Below the pieces are notes generated by a model. The model did no database searches. It was not told the origin of the DNA and saw nothing but the letters and a program-made list of their open reading frames with translations. A program made the position numbers and the translations under genes. DNA of 52,534 bases from a virus (Duplodnaviria; Caudoviricetes): positions 1-52,534 of the IMG/VR virus record IMGVR_UViG_3300034072_000552; one strand, 5' to 3'. Below, one piece after another: positions 36,510 to 46,695 of the stretch. Numbering within the stretch: position 1 is the stretch's first letter; each line of letters begins with the position of its first letter.

Positions 36510-36715
36510 CCCCGGAGGAGGTCCGGGCAGTAGCTCCGAACCTCAATTTTTGGTTGCTGAGGCCGGTACTGGCTGAGCCCCAGCTTTATACGCTACGTGA
36601 CCTTAGAGAGTGGGTCACCATCGCTGATGTTCTGGACGCCCACGAGATGCTTGATCTGAAGGCGGCTGAAGCAGAGAAGGTGAGAAAGGCCCGCGACAAA
36701 AATGGCAATCGCTGA
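36449..36715 (+). CDS. -1 frameshift extension of the tail chaperone (gpGT-like)
   Basis: Open -1 frame from the slippery heptamer to 36715 (YTLRDLREWVTIADVLDAHEMLD), with no convincing start of its own. Confidence 0.7.
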   Translation, partial: FFLRRAGSWRPSEGSGADGLTPEEVRAVAPNLNFWLLRPVLAEPQLYTLRDLREWVTIADVLDAHEMLDLKAAEAEKVRKARDKNGNR

Positions 36716-38603
36716 TGAGTTGATCGCCCTCCTGGGCTTTGAGTTGACCGGCGAGGACGCTGCGAAGCGTTACGAAAACACGTTGAAGCGTGTTGAGAAG
36801 ACTGCTGAAAAGGTCGGTGCGGCAATCGGAACCGGTATCAAGATCGCCGCTGCGGCCTCCGCAGCGGCTTTCACGTTTCTCGGCAAGTCGGTCATTGAGA
36901 CCTCAGCCCAATTCGAGACCTACCAAGCGACCCTGGAGACAATTGAGGGTAGCTCTGAGAAGGCGCGCCAGTCTCTGGACTGGATCGCCGATTTCGGCAA
37001 GAAGACCCCCTACGATGTCGCCCAAGTAACAGAGGCGTTCGTCAAGCTCAAGGCTTACGGCATCGATCCAATTGCCAACGACACGTTGCGCATCCTCGGT
37101 GACACCTCCTCTGCTATGGGGAAAGACCTCAACGCGGCTGTTGAGATGTTCGCTGACGCCTCCACCGGCGAGTTTGAGCGTCTGAAGGAATTTGGTATCA
37201 AGGCCAAGCAGGAAGGCGATAGCGTCACCTTCAACTGGACGAAGAACGGCAAGGAGCTCAGCAAGACCGTCAAGAAGAACGCAACCGAAATCCGTTCTTT
37301 CTTGCTGGAAACCATGGGAGACCGCTTCAACGGCGCGATGGATCGTCAGTCCAAGACCTTTAAGGGTATGACCTCCAATATCGGCGACAGCTGGATTGAC
37401 TTTCAGCGCCGGATCGGCGAAGCCGGTTTCTTCGAAAGCGTCAACAAGAAGCTTGAAGGTCTGATCAACACCATCGACCGGCTTGACAAGGAGGGCAAGC
37501 TTGACGAGTGGGCCAACGCCCTGAGCAAGACCCTGACTTGGTTCGCTAACGTGTTCTGGGCGGTCGGCGAACGGGTGGCTTCTGTCACCGGCTGGTTGAT
37601 TGACAACTTCGAAGCCTTGAAACCAGTTCTCACCGCTCTGGGGGTAGCGCTCGGCGCGCTTCTGGTCTGGGCCTTCCCGATCCTCTCAGCGTTCGTCGCT
37701 ATCGGGCTCGCGGTTGACGACCTCATCGCCTACCTTCAGGGCGGTGAAAGCGTTATTGGCGATTTCATCGAGTGGTGTAAGCAGCTCCCCAGCGTCTTGA
37801 TGGAGGCCGCATCGGCCTTTGGAACGTGGTTGTCCAACATCAACTGGGGTGACTTGGGTCGCCAAGCCGGTCAGTTGCTTGTGGACGGGATTGTGGGGCT
37901 CGTGGTCGGGTCCGTCTCGCTTCTCGGCATGTGGAAGCAGACCGTTCAGAGCGTCGATTGGGACGCCGTTAGCAACGTGATCACTGACGGCATCAAGGCG
38001 GGCTTCCTCGCGTGGGCTGATTGGGTTTACGGCTTCTGGGCAGGGGTCGGCCAGCGTATCAATGAATACGTGAAGCAGGGCTTCAACATTGATTTGATCG
38101 CCGAAGGAACCCGGCTCGGCAACGACCTTCTTGCTGGTCTTCAGTCCGTTGGTCAGGCGATCAAGGATTGGTTCCTGGGTCTCTTTCAGCTTCCAGAATG
38201 GGTTCAAAATCTTGGCTTCGGTCCTACCGATCCGAAGGTGGTCCCCGGGGCTCCCGTTACCGGAACCGGGGAAGCGACCCCGGCTGGACCCGAGACGCCT
38301 ATCAAGTTTGATCAGGACGCTTGGGACGCGAAAATGGAGCTTCAGCGTCAAGAGTGGGAGAACATGCTCAAAAACGCAAATGACAACATTCAAAAGTTGG
38401 CACCAGATACAGCCGTGGATGCTACGATCACGGACGCTCGCGCCGACAACCGGAGCTTCCCGCAGACGAACAACGTGACCGTCAACCAGACCGTTACACA
38501 GGCCACAGACGCGCCCAAGCAGGCGGCGCAAGCGACGGCAGGAGCCGTTCAGGGTGCCGTTGCTCAGCAGCGGTCTCAGATCGAAACGGAGCCGTCATTC
38601 TGA
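36702..38603 (+). CDS. Tape measure protein
   Basis: Ala-rich helical protein; tape-measure domain (KTPYDVAQVTEAFVKLKAYG); Trp-periodic repeats; position. Confidence 0.9.
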   Translation: MAIADELIALLGFELTGEDAAKRYENTLKRVEKTAEKVGAAIGTGIKIAAAASAAAFTFLGKSVIETSAQFETYQATLETIEGSSEKARQSLDWIADFGKKTPYDVAQVTEAFVKLKAYGIDPIANDTLRILGDTSSAMGKDLNAAVEMFADASTGEFERLKEFGIKAKQEGDSVTFNWTKNGKELSKTVKKNATEIRSFLLETMGDRFNGAMDRQSKTFKGMTSNIGDSWIDFQRRIGEAGFFESVNKKLEGLINTIDRLDKEGKLDEWANALSKTLTWFANVFWAVGERVASVTGWLIDNFEALKPVLTALGVALGALLVWAFPILSAFVAIGLAVDDLIAYLQGGESVIGDFIEWCKQLPSVLMEAASAFGTWLSNINWGDLGRQAGQLLVDGIVGLVVGSVSLLGMWKQTVQSVDWDAVSNVITDGIKAGFLAWADWVYGFWAGVGQRINEYVKQGFNIDLIAEGTRLGNDLLAGLQSVGQAIKDWFLGLFQLPEWVQNLGFGPTDPKVVPGAPVTGTGEATPAGPETPIKFDQDAWDAKMELQRQEWENMLKNANDNIQKLAPDTAVDATITDARADNRSFPQTNNVTVNQTVTQATDAPKQAAQATAGAVQGAVAQQRSQIETEPSF

Positions 38604-39166
38604 TGAGCATTATCGCCTTTTCCCGCGCTATCGGCCCTATGACAATTGATTGTATCCTCAGCGAGGATCACACGTCTGAAATTGAAATCACGGCTAACCC
38701 GATTGAAACAGGGGCTGAAGTCAACGACCATGCCTACATCAAGCCCAAGCAGGTCGTCCTGGAAATTGCTGACAGCAAAGCAGCCCTCACCTACAATGCT
38801 CTGGTGAGGTTTCAGGAAAGCCGGGTGCCTTTCTACATGGTAACGGGCCTCAGCGTGTATAATGACATGCTGATTGCGTCTATTGACGCTACCCGGGATA
38901 AGTCTAACTCCACTATCCTGCGGGCTACTGTTATGTGCCGGCAAGTGTTAATCGTTTCTACTGGATCGACTACAGACGGCAACGAGACGCAATCTAAGGG
39001 CAAGCCGGGAGGAAAGAAAAGCACCGCTTCGTCTAAGCCCACGGCGAAGAATGCGAAGGACGCGGCGACAGCGGATAAAGCAGCTTCAACTGTCCAGACC
39101 GGAGACAATCCGACCTCTACAGTCGCCCCGGCCAAAACGCAGTCCATCTTGAAGAGTATGTTCTGA
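38603..39166 (+). CDS. Baseplate hub / tail-tube initiator (Dit-like)
   Basis: EITANPIETGAEVNDHAYIKP, VTGLSVYNDMLI. Confidence 0.75.
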   Translation: MSIIAFSRAIGPMTIDCILSEDHTSEIEITANPIETGAEVNDHAYIKPKQVVLEIADSKAALTYNALVRFQESRVPFYMVTGLSVYNDMLIASIDATRDKSNSTILRATVMCRQVLIVSTGSTTDGNETQSKGKPGGKKSTASSKPTAKNAKDAATADKAASTVQTGDNPTSTVAPAKTQSILKSMF

Positions 39167-39486
39167 TGATTGAGTTTAAAATCGTAGACGAACCCAAGCA
39201 GAAATTCTCTCTTGTACTAAACGGTCGGCGTGTCACGTTCTTGCTGTGGTATAGCCGGATTTCTGGACGCTGGTCGTTTGACTTGTCGATTGACAACGGG
39301 CCGGTTATCCGGGGTCGTCGGATCGTCACAGGTGTAGATTTGCTTGCGCCGTTCAATCTTGGGATCGGAATTTTGTTCGCCTTTTCTGAAACTGGCGCAG
39401 AACCGACGCGGGAGAACCTGCCCTTGGGCATAGTGAAGCTATACCACACGACGCAGGAGGAAGTTGATGCGGCAGTGGCTGCGTAA
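39166..39486 (+). CDS. Baseplate protein
   Basis: Position; GRRIVTGVDLL motif. Confidence 0.7.
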   Translation: MIEFKIVDEPKQKFSLVLNGRRVTFLLWYSRISGRWSFDLSIDNGPVIRGRRIVTGVDLLAPFNLGIGILFAFSETGAEPTRENLPLGIVKLYHTTQEEVDAAVAA

Positions 39487-40351
39487 GGTTCGGGTTACGT
39501 TCCCCGGCGGTTTTATCATCAACCCCAGCGATGCGGTTGAGGAGCAAGAATTGCGCGTGATTTTTGATGTGAGCCGGGGCATCTCCGGTTCACCTAACAC
39601 GTTTAATATCAAGTTGTATAATCTCAACAAAGATCACCGCAACGCAGTCGGACGCGAACTGGAAACTGTTCAAATTGAGGCTGGTTACGTTCCGCCGGAG
39701 GGGGGCGGCAATCTCGGCATCATCGCTAAGGGTCGCATTCGCGATTTTCAACACGACCGAGAAGGGCCGGATATCATCACCACTGTGAGCTGCGGCGATG
39801 GTGACTTGGCTTATCGACGGGCAACAATCAGCAAGACGCTCCCCAAGGGAGCGTCAGTCCCTGAAGTCGTTGACGAGCTTTACAAGGAGCTTGAGAAACA
39901 AGGGATCGCGAAGGGAGAGCTTAAATTCCCGGAGGGGGTCAAGACTTTTAAGAGGCCCTACAGCATGTGCGGCGCTTGTACTCGCGAACTCGACACCTTA
40001 GGCAGGGGTAATAACTTTTATTGGTCTATTCAAAATGAGACGTTTGAAATCATACCTGGAGACGGCTACCTTGAGGGGAAGATTTTGGTGAGCCCAGAAA
40101 CCGGTATGGTGGGTGCCCCGACCATCACAGATAATGGAGTGAAGGTCAAAGCATTGCTCAACCCCGGAGCACGTCCAAATCGTCTGGTTGAGGTTCGAAG
40201 CGAGGTGTTGGAGATGAATGCCCAGGACAACACGTATCGCATCAGCCAGATCGATTTCAGTGGAGACAACCGTGACGGGGATTTCCTGATGAGCATCACA
40301 GGGGAGGCCATGAGCGGCGGGAAGATAGATGAGGGAGCTGCTTCAAAATGA
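39467..40351 (+). CDS. Baseplate hub protein
   Basis: IKLYNLN, IEAGY, WSIQNE, TGMVGAP, LLNP. Confidence 0.8.
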   Translation: MRQWLRKVRVTFPGGFIINPSDAVEEQELRVIFDVSRGISGSPNTFNIKLYNLNKDHRNAVGRELETVQIEAGYVPPEGGGNLGIIAKGRIRDFQHDREGPDIITTVSCGDGDLAYRRATISKTLPKGASVPEVVDELYKELEKQGIAKGELKFPEGVKTFKRPYSMCGACTRELDTLGRGNNFYWSIQNETFEIIPGDGYLEGKILVSPETGMVGAPTITDNGVKVKALLNPGARPNRLVEVRSEVLEMNAQDNTYRISQIDFSGDNRDGDFLMSITGEAMSGGKIDEGAASK

Positions 40352-41010
40352 GCATGGGGAAGCGCGGAAAGACGACTAACGCCCCCCGGGAGAACGTAGC
40401 TGTTCAGGCTCAATCTGAGCGTGAATCCATGTGGGGCGAAATGCCTGGAACCATCGTATCATTCGATCCGACAACCCAGACGGCTACCGTTCAGCCCAAC
40501 TATAAGCCACGTCATAACGGTCAACCGGTGGACATGCCTCAGCTTTTGGAGGTGCCTGTTAGGTTCGCTCGCGCCGGGGGGTTCGTTATCACGAGCCCTG
40601 TCAGGGCAGGGGACAAAGTAACGCTTCGCCCTCAGATGCGCTCCAGCGAGGAGTTTCATACAGGCGGCGACTATACTGCTAACCAGGACGCCCGGAGCTT
40701 CTCCTTGAGCGACATGGAGGCATTTCTGGACGGAGGCGAGGCCCTCACCGATCCTATACCGAATTTCAACTCCAACAACATGGAAATCAGGACGGCTGAC
40801 GGATCGTTCAAGATGGAGATGAGCGAGGACGGAAAATTCAAGTTTCAAGGCGCAACGGGGAATTTCTTTGAAATGCTCGCTCGCCTTGCTGAGATTGTCG
40901 CGCAACACGAAACTCAGGTGACTCACGGCTCCTCTACCGGTCAATACTCGCATACAATGGCGGGGGAGGCAACCGAAATCGCCGCGAAATTGAGGAGCAT
41001 GGAGCTATGA
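40348..41010 (+). CDS. Baseplate central spike (Gp138/gpV-like)
   Basis: PGTIVSFDPTTQTATVQP, VPVRF, SLSD; His residues near the C-terminus. Confidence 0.82.
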   Translation: MSMGKRGKTTNAPRENVAVQAQSERESMWGEMPGTIVSFDPTTQTATVQPNYKPRHNGQPVDMPQLLEVPVRFARAGGFVITSPVRAGDKVTLRPQMRSSEEFHTGGDYTANQDARSFSLSDMEAFLDGGEALTDPIPNFNSNNMEIRTADGSFKMEMSEDGKFKFQGATGNFFEMLARLAEIVAQHETQVTHGSSTGQYSHTMAGEATEIAAKLRSMEL

Positions 41011-41381
41011 CTTTGAGCCGCGTTGGACTCAGCTTGAAACGTGATGGGTCGGCCCCGGCGGATGTTCATCTTGATGCTAACGGCAACCTTGCTCTTGTAT
41101 TCAACGCTGAAGCGGTCGGTCAGCACGTGGAACAACGTCTGATGGCCTATCGCGGTGAATGGTTTCTTGATACAGAAGTCGGCGTGCCTTGGGTTCGGGA
41201 CATTCTCGGCGGCCAATACGATCCGGTGTTGGCCGAAAGTGTTTTGAAGGCGGAAATCCTGGATACTGACGGAGTTGTGGAAATCACTTCGTTTAGCGTG
41301 AGGTTTGATCGATCTGTGAGAGGGCTCGGCGCATCTGACATTACGGTTCTGACCGAATATGACGAGGAAGCGAACGTATGA
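41007..41381 (+). CDS. Baseplate wedge / sheath initiator (gp25-like)
   Basis: RL...RGEWFLDTEVGVPW, ILDTDGV. Confidence 0.8.
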   Translation: MTLSRVGLSLKRDGSAPADVHLDANGNLALVFNAEAVGQHVEQRLMAYRGEWFLDTEVGVPWVRDILGGQYDPVLAESVLKAEILDTDGVVEITSFSVRFDRSVRGLGASDITVLTEYDEEANV

Positions 41382-42262
41382 GTGAATATGGTATCTTGCC
41401 AGAAGGATACGTGCGCAAGCCGCTAAGTGTTACGCTTGCCGAAATCGAAGCGGCTATGGCAACTGAATTTGGTCCAGGCGTCGTTCAAACCGCTGTCAGC
41501 CCCTTTGGGCAGCTTAACGGGTTGATGGCCGATCTTATTGCGGAAATTGATGAACGCAATTTGGACCTGTATCAATCGTATGATCCAGACCAAGCCGAAG
41601 CGACCAGGTTGGAAACTTTAGCGGCGCTTCGCCTTATCCGCCGGGGGTCTAGAACTGACGCTGAACTCAGGCAATCTCTGACCAACAAAGGTGAAGCACG
41701 GATCGATATCCAAGACTTGGCCAATGCTTTGAAAAGTCTTCCCGGCGTCACTTATGCTCAAGTATTCGTGAATGATTCCGGGGAGACCGAAAATCCAGAG
41801 CTTGAGCGCGGCTTTGTAGCGGTTGCTGTAATTGGCGGCAGCGACGACGAGATTGCCGAAGTTGTTCGGTCATACGTGGTGCCCGGGGTCAGCACCTACG
41901 GGAATGTATCCATCAGCACTAGCATAAATGGTTATTGCCGATCCGTGAGCATCATTCGACCCGTTCCGGTAGACGTGACGGCTATCGTGCAAGTGAGGCT
42001 CCATAAGGATAGAAACGGTTGCCCTCCCCCGTCTTTGTTCGCAATTGAGTCAGCTGCGGAAGCCGCTTGGTTGTCGAAGCGACAAAACGGGCTCGATGTG
42101 AACGCTTACCAACTTCGGGGTCTCACGGAAGGTGCTTTCGAAACTGTGGAATTTGTCTCGTTCAGCGCAGGTCGGAATGGAGCCGATCCACAGCTAAATA
42201 CGCCGGCAGTCGTCGCCTTTACGGAAATCGCAAACTTGAACGTTGAGGTAGTTCTCGCATGA
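41378..42262 (+). CDS. Baseplate J-like wedge protein
   Basis: YGILPEGY, SPFGQLNG, DPDQA, LPGVTYAQVFVN. Confidence 0.8.
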   Translation: MSEYGILPEGYVRKPLSVTLAEIEAAMATEFGPGVVQTAVSPFGQLNGLMADLIAEIDERNLDLYQSYDPDQAEATRLETLAALRLIRRGSRTDAELRQSLTNKGEARIDIQDLANALKSLPGVTYAQVFVNDSGETENPELERGFVAVAVIGGSDDEIAEVVRSYVVPGVSTYGNVSISTSINGYCRSVSIIRPVPVDVTAIVQVRLHKDRNGCPPPSLFAIESAAEAAWLSKRQNGLDVNAYQLRGLTEGAFETVEFVSFSAGRNGADPQLNTPAVVAFTEIANLNVEVVLA

Positions 42263-43191
42263 GTTGCCCGACTGAAACTGAATTGGTGGAGGCAAGAATT
42301 GACGAGGTGCTTACTCGGTATCGGGAAAGCCCGAAGTTTCTGTTCATGCTCCGCACCTACTTGGGCCTTGCTGCCCAAGCACATCTTCAGGTGTGCGATC
42401 TTCCCAGTTTCTTCGATATCGACAATGCCGTGGGAGACCAACTTACTCTCATCGGAAAGCGTCTCGGTTGGCCGCGATGCCATTGCGTTTGTGATGTTCA
42501 ACCGGTTTTCGGTTTCGAATGCCCAGAGGAAATCACCCTTAGACCGGTTTCCGGGTTCGGCGGTTCTTGCGATCCGTCAGCTGAAGACGTTACTTGGGAA
42601 GATTGTGCCAGCGGTCTGTCCGAAATTTGCCTGGTGGACGATGAGGTCTACCGCTCTTTTCTGAGGGTTCGGCGTTACCAATTCAACCGCCAATACGATC
42701 TCAAGAGCCTTGAAACTTGTCTTGAAGAGTTTTTTGGACCTCAAGCCACCGTTTTGTATTCAGGTCAGGGTCGAATTGTAATCGCCCCGGGGCGCGATTT
42801 GACCACTGGTGAAATACTATTGCTCCAGCTTTATCCTCGTGTGTTGCCTATTGCGCTAGGCATAAAAGTCCTGTTTCATTTCGGCGAAACTCGTGTCTTT
42901 GGGTTCGGCGAAGGTTGGGGAGGATTTTGTGAGGATCGGCTTGATTTAACTCAAGCGCACCCCGCTTACGCCAGAACCAATAAGGTGTTTGGGTTTTGCG
43001 AAGGCTGGGGCGGATTTTGCGAAGGTTGGCTTATGGAAGGTTTGCCGATTGTGACCGAGAACGGCACCCCCATACTAGACGAAACTGGACAAATGCTTTA
43101 CACTGGCCCCTTGACGGAACATGCTATGTGGCTGTGCCGTGAGGGAGCCCCTTGGATGTGTGAAGTGGATGTTCACCCCTATGATTGTTAA
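42259..43191 (+). CDS. Baseplate wedge protein (DUF2612-like), Cys-rich
   Basis: YRESPK, FDIDNAVGDQLTLIGKRLG, VFGF repeats. Confidence 0.75.
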   Translation: MSCPTETELVEARIDEVLTRYRESPKFLFMLRTYLGLAAQAHLQVCDLPSFFDIDNAVGDQLTLIGKRLGWPRCHCVCDVQPVFGFECPEEITLRPVSGFGGSCDPSAEDVTWEDCASGLSEICLVDDEVYRSFLRVRRYQFNRQYDLKSLETCLEEFFGPQATVLYSGQGRIVIAPGRDLTTGEILLLQLYPRVLPIALGIKVLFHFGETRVFGFGEGWGGFCEDRLDLTQAHPAYARTNKVFGFCEGWGGFCEGWLMEGLPIVTENGTPILDETGQMLYTGPLTEHAMWLCREGAPWMCEVDVHPYDC

Positions 43192-43205
43192 CGTGGAGAG
43201 CGTGA

Positions 43206-44138
43206 ATGGCTGACTTCAGCACCCCCTTTGCTAATCAGGCTGGTCGCCGTGTGCCGACCGCAGACGAAAAAATCAACGGCTTTCCGTGTGGACCGGCAGA
43301 CCAGACGTTGTTCAACGGTTTGTTCAACCGGCTCGAAGCGGAGCTTGGGAACCTTATCAGCTATGCCGGTCTCGTTGGCAGTGACGCCGACTTTGCGCAA
43401 GTGAGAAAAGCCATTGTGGCTCTTATCGACGCGGCGACTGGCGGCGGCGACACCAGCAGCTATTTGCTTATGAGCCAGGCATCGTCTCGCCTTCCGATTT
43501 ACCCTCAGATGCTCACGGAAGATTTCAGGATCAACATCACGGCTCCGGCGACGGGAATTGTGCGTGTTCCCGGAGGCATCAATTTTCTCCATCGCGGCAT
43601 CAATCAGGTCACGACTGCCCAGACCGACTTTAACACTCAGGCAAACAAGACCTACCATTTGCGCTGGAACCCCAGCGATGGTTTCGCTCTGAAGGACTTG
43701 TCAAACGCTGGTTACAACCCGGCTGCGGCGGCGGAAACAGTCGAAGCCTTTGACAGCACTTACGATGACATGCTGCTGGCAAGAATTGTCACTAATTCGT
43801 CTAACGTGGCGACGATTACCAATCTTGCCAACGCTCACGACCTGCGGGCAACAGGTCAGAACAACGATCCACGGGGAGCGTTTTCTGGCAACGGCAATCC
43901 GTCCGCCGGTTTCCAAGACGGGGTTTCGCCATCTGCTATCACAAATTACACGGCGGTCACTCTCAACTGGGCCCGCATGCCGCAAGCTTACTTGTCGTCC
44001 ATCAACGACATGAAGCCACAAGGTGGTTCTGACAACAGTGAATTCAATTCAGGCGTTAAGCCGCTTTCTCGCTATCAGATCGGCGTTTGGGCTCAAGGCG
44101 ACATTGACGCTTGGGTTGGCTGGGTAGCGAGGACTTAA
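43206..44138 (+). CDS. Tail fibre / baseplate-attached structural protein
   Basis: NGF.CGPA....FNGLF N-terminal fibre-attachment pattern; position. Confidence 0.65.
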   Translation: MADFSTPFANQAGRRVPTADEKINGFPCGPADQTLFNGLFNRLEAELGNLISYAGLVGSDADFAQVRKAIVALIDAATGGGDTSSYLLMSQASSRLPIYPQMLTEDFRINITAPATGIVRVPGGINFLHRGINQVTTAQTDFNTQANKTYHLRWNPSDGFALKDLSNAGYNPAAAAETVEAFDSTYDDMLLARIVTNSSNVATITNLANAHDLRATGQNNDPRGAFSGNGNPSAGFQDGVSPSAITNYTAVTLNWARMPQAYLSSINDMKPQGGSDNSEFNSGVKPLSRYQIGVWAQGDIDAWVGWVART

Positions 44139-44139
44139 C

Positions 44140-44952
44140 ATGGTAGACGGAATCAAGATCAACGAGCTTCCACTTGCCATGACGCCCGGGCTTGATTTCG
44201 AATTTCCGGCGATAAGGGACAATGTTACGCAGAAACTGACCGTTCAACAAGTCGCCGATTTGGTCACGGCAATTATCATTGATGGATCGCCGGAAGCTCT
44301 TGACACGCTCAATGAGCTCGCTGCCGCTTTGGGCGATGATGCCAATTTCGCGACGACTGTCAACACAGCTCTGGCTGCTCGTCTTAAAAGAGATGGCACC
44401 ACAGCTATGACCGGTCCTCTCAACCTCGGCGGCAACGATATTCAGAACGCCGCGAATTTGGTTGGCATGGTTGCGGCGTTCCCGGCTACGTCACCGCCTC
44501 CCGGTTGGTTGAAGCTGAACGGAGCATTGCTTACACGTGCATCTTACCCTGCCCTTTGGGCTTACGCACAGTCGTCTGGGGCGCTCGTAAGCGAAGCGAC
44601 TTGGACGGCTTCCGCTTGGGGCTCTTTTTCCTCTGGAGACGGTTCCACTACTTTCCGCTTGCCGGATGCTCGTGGGGAATTTCTCCGTTACTTCAACGAT
44701 GGTCATGCGTCTAAGGACGTTGGACGTGTGATTGGCTCGGGGCAACTTGACGCTTTCCAGGGGCATAACCATAGCGTGTTACAGACCGCCAACACAACCG
44801 GTTCCAATTCCTTATCAAAAACTGGTTCAGACGTATTCACAAGTGGAACGCTCGTGGCGTCCCCGACAACTGACTTTGTAAACGGAACGCCCAGAACAGC
44901 GTCTGAAACGAGGCCGCGTAACGTGGCTTGGTTGGCTTGTGTAAAATATTAG
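44140..44952 (+). CDS. Tail fibre protein with tail-collar domain
   Basis: SPEALDTLNELAAALGDDANFATT, PPGWLKLNG, GDGSTTFRLPDARGEF, ETRPRNVAWLACVKY. Confidence 0.88.
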   Translation: MVDGIKINELPLAMTPGLDFEFPAIRDNVTQKLTVQQVADLVTAIIIDGSPEALDTLNELAAALGDDANFATTVNTALAARLKRDGTTAMTGPLNLGGNDIQNAANLVGMVAAFPATSPPPGWLKLNGALLTRASYPALWAYAQSSGALVSEATWTASAWGSFSSGDGSTTFRLPDARGEFLRYFNDGHASKDVGRVIGSGQLDAFQGHNHSVLQTANTTGSNSLSKTGSDVFTSGTLVASPTTDFVNGTPRTASETRPRNVAWLACVKY

Positions 44953-44960
44953 GGGAAGCC

Positions 44961-45566
44961 ATGGACATTTATCATTTCCGACCCGAGAACGGGGAGTTCA
45001 TTGGCCAAGGTCTGGCTGACCCCGATCCGATGAACGAAGGAGAATTTTTGTATCCGGCGTTCTGCGTTACGGTTGAACCCCCGGCGAGCCAGAACGGATT
45101 TGCCCGGGTTTGGAATGGCGAGGACTGGACGCAAGTTCAAGACCATCGGGGCGAAATCTGGTGGACAACGAACGGCGAACCCGTCCAAATCGAAAATCTT
45201 GGCAATCCTTCTCAAGACGGCTATCTTGAAGAACGACCTGAGCAACCTTCGCCTCCAATGGCACCGCTTCCGAAGCTGATTGCCGTTTCGCTTCTTCAGG
45301 TCGTAGACGATGAAGTATTCACGGTTGGGGTTTCCGCCGGTATAGCGTTTGCTATGAGGATCGACACCGGACTGATCTGGGTTTTCTTTTCTGAAGAAAT
45401 GTCGGATTTGAACTACAGTTACAGTTACACGGTAACGCCTTCAAACGGTCGGGCAACGGTGACTGACCGTCAGTTGAGCTATATGGAAATCACCGTGGTA
45501 GACGGCAGTGACCAGCCGGTTGACCCGGCTGAAATATCGATACAAATTTACAGGGCAACACTATGA
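44961..45566 (+). CDS. Tail fibre assembly chaperone-like protein with C-terminal extension
   Basis: IYHF....GEFIG...AD.DP, PP, W..VQDHRGE. Confidence 0.75.
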   Translation: MDIYHFRPENGEFIGQGLADPDPMNEGEFLYPAFCVTVEPPASQNGFARVWNGEDWTQVQDHRGEIWWTTNGEPVQIENLGNPSQDGYLEERPEQPSPPMAPLPKLIAVSLLQVVDDEVFTVGVSAGIAFAMRIDTGLIWVFFSEEMSDLNYSYSYTVTPSNGRATVTDRQLSYMEITVVDGSDQPVDPAEISIQIYRATL

Positions 45567-45862
45567 CTGGAGAAACCATGAAGATGATCTGTGAATTCCC
45601 CGTGGGCACCCTTCGCACGCTCACGGCAACCACCAATCTCGCCTTGTCGGCTCAGGGTCTTATGAACGTCCCCGGTGTTGGCCAGCCCTTCCTCTTTTTC
45701 AACTCGCTCCCGGCTAAGGTCGCCGCAGCCGATTTCGAGCTTCACGACGATTGGGCCGGTCACGGCAACAAGGTCACCAACGATCTGGCCAAGAACGTGG
45801 AGATGCTTCAGGCCATGCTTGACAACCCGCCTCTTGACGCGGTGGTGTTCGTCACACCCTGA
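45563..45862 (+). CDS. Hypothetical protein
   Basis: Coupled ORF before the endolysin. Confidence 0.6.
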   Translation: MTGETMKMICEFPVGTLRTLTATTNLALSAQGLMNVPGVGQPFLFFNSLPAKVAAADFELHDDWAGHGNKVTNDLAKNVEMLQAMLDNPPLDAVVFVTP

Positions 45863-45873
45863 AAGGAACTAAC

Positions 45874-46683
45874 ATGGATAACCGCTCAATTCAGCGGCTC
45901 CTCAAAGCCGCCGGTTACTATGCCGGCGGTCTTGACGGGGACTTCGGCCCCAAGTCCAAGGAAGCCGTTTCCAAGGTTCTTCAACGCAATAAGCCAGAAG
46001 CTCTCAAGTGGTCTCAATCACGTCAGAACGTGGCTGCGGCTCAGGTCATTCTCAAGGCGGCGGGGTACGAGCCTGGGAACGTAGACGGTTACTCCGGGCA
46101 CAACACCCAGGAAGCCTTCAACGCCTGGGATCACTACATCACGACCGGCAAGCAGGAAGTGCTCCCGGGGCGGTCGCCTGATCTTCCCTCCAAGGCTCCC
46201 CCGAAGAACACGCGCTGGCCCACCCAGAAGAACGTTCCGTCATTCTTCGGGAAGGCCGGGAACCCGGACTGTACAGCCGGCAAAGCCGTCTTTCCCTTCC
46301 CCTTTCGGATCGCATGGAACAAGGCCCAGAAGGTCTCCAGCTTCAGTTGCCACAAGCTCGTGGCCGCGTCCTTCACAACCATCTTCGCTGAGACGGTAAA
46401 GCACTACGGCGAGGAAGAATGCCGGAAGCTCGGCTTGGACCTCTTTGGGGGTTGTTACAACCTGCGCAAGATGCGTGGCGGCGAGACAATCAGCATGCAC
46501 GGCTACGGGATCGCCTACGATCTGGACCCGGAGCGGAATCAACTTCGTTGGGGACGCGACCGCGCAGAATTGGCGAAACCTGTTTACGACCCCTTCTGGG
46601 CTATCGTTGAGGCGCAAGGCGCGTTATCTTTGGGCCGCGCACGAAATTATGATTGGATGCATTTCCAATTCGCTAATCTCTAA
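45874..46683 (+). CDS. Endolysin: two peptidoglycan-binding domains plus M15-family Zn peptidase
   Basis: IQRLLKAAGYY.G.LDGDFGPKS and a second DGYSG repeat; R..RGG..SMHGYGIAYD and DWMHFQ. Confidence 0.9.
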   Translation: MDNRSIQRLLKAAGYYAGGLDGDFGPKSKEAVSKVLQRNKPEALKWSQSRQNVAAAQVILKAAGYEPGNVDGYSGHNTQEAFNAWDHYITTGKQEVLPGRSPDLPSKAPPKNTRWPTQKNVPSFFGKAGNPDCTAGKAVFPFPFRIAWNKAQKVSSFSCHKLVAASFTTIFAETVKHYGEEECRKLGLDLFGGCYNLRKMRGGETISMHGYGIAYDLDPERNQLRWGRDRAELAKPVYDPFWAIVEAQGALSLGRARNYDWMHFQFANL

Positions 46684-46695
46684 AGGAGGCCCTGC

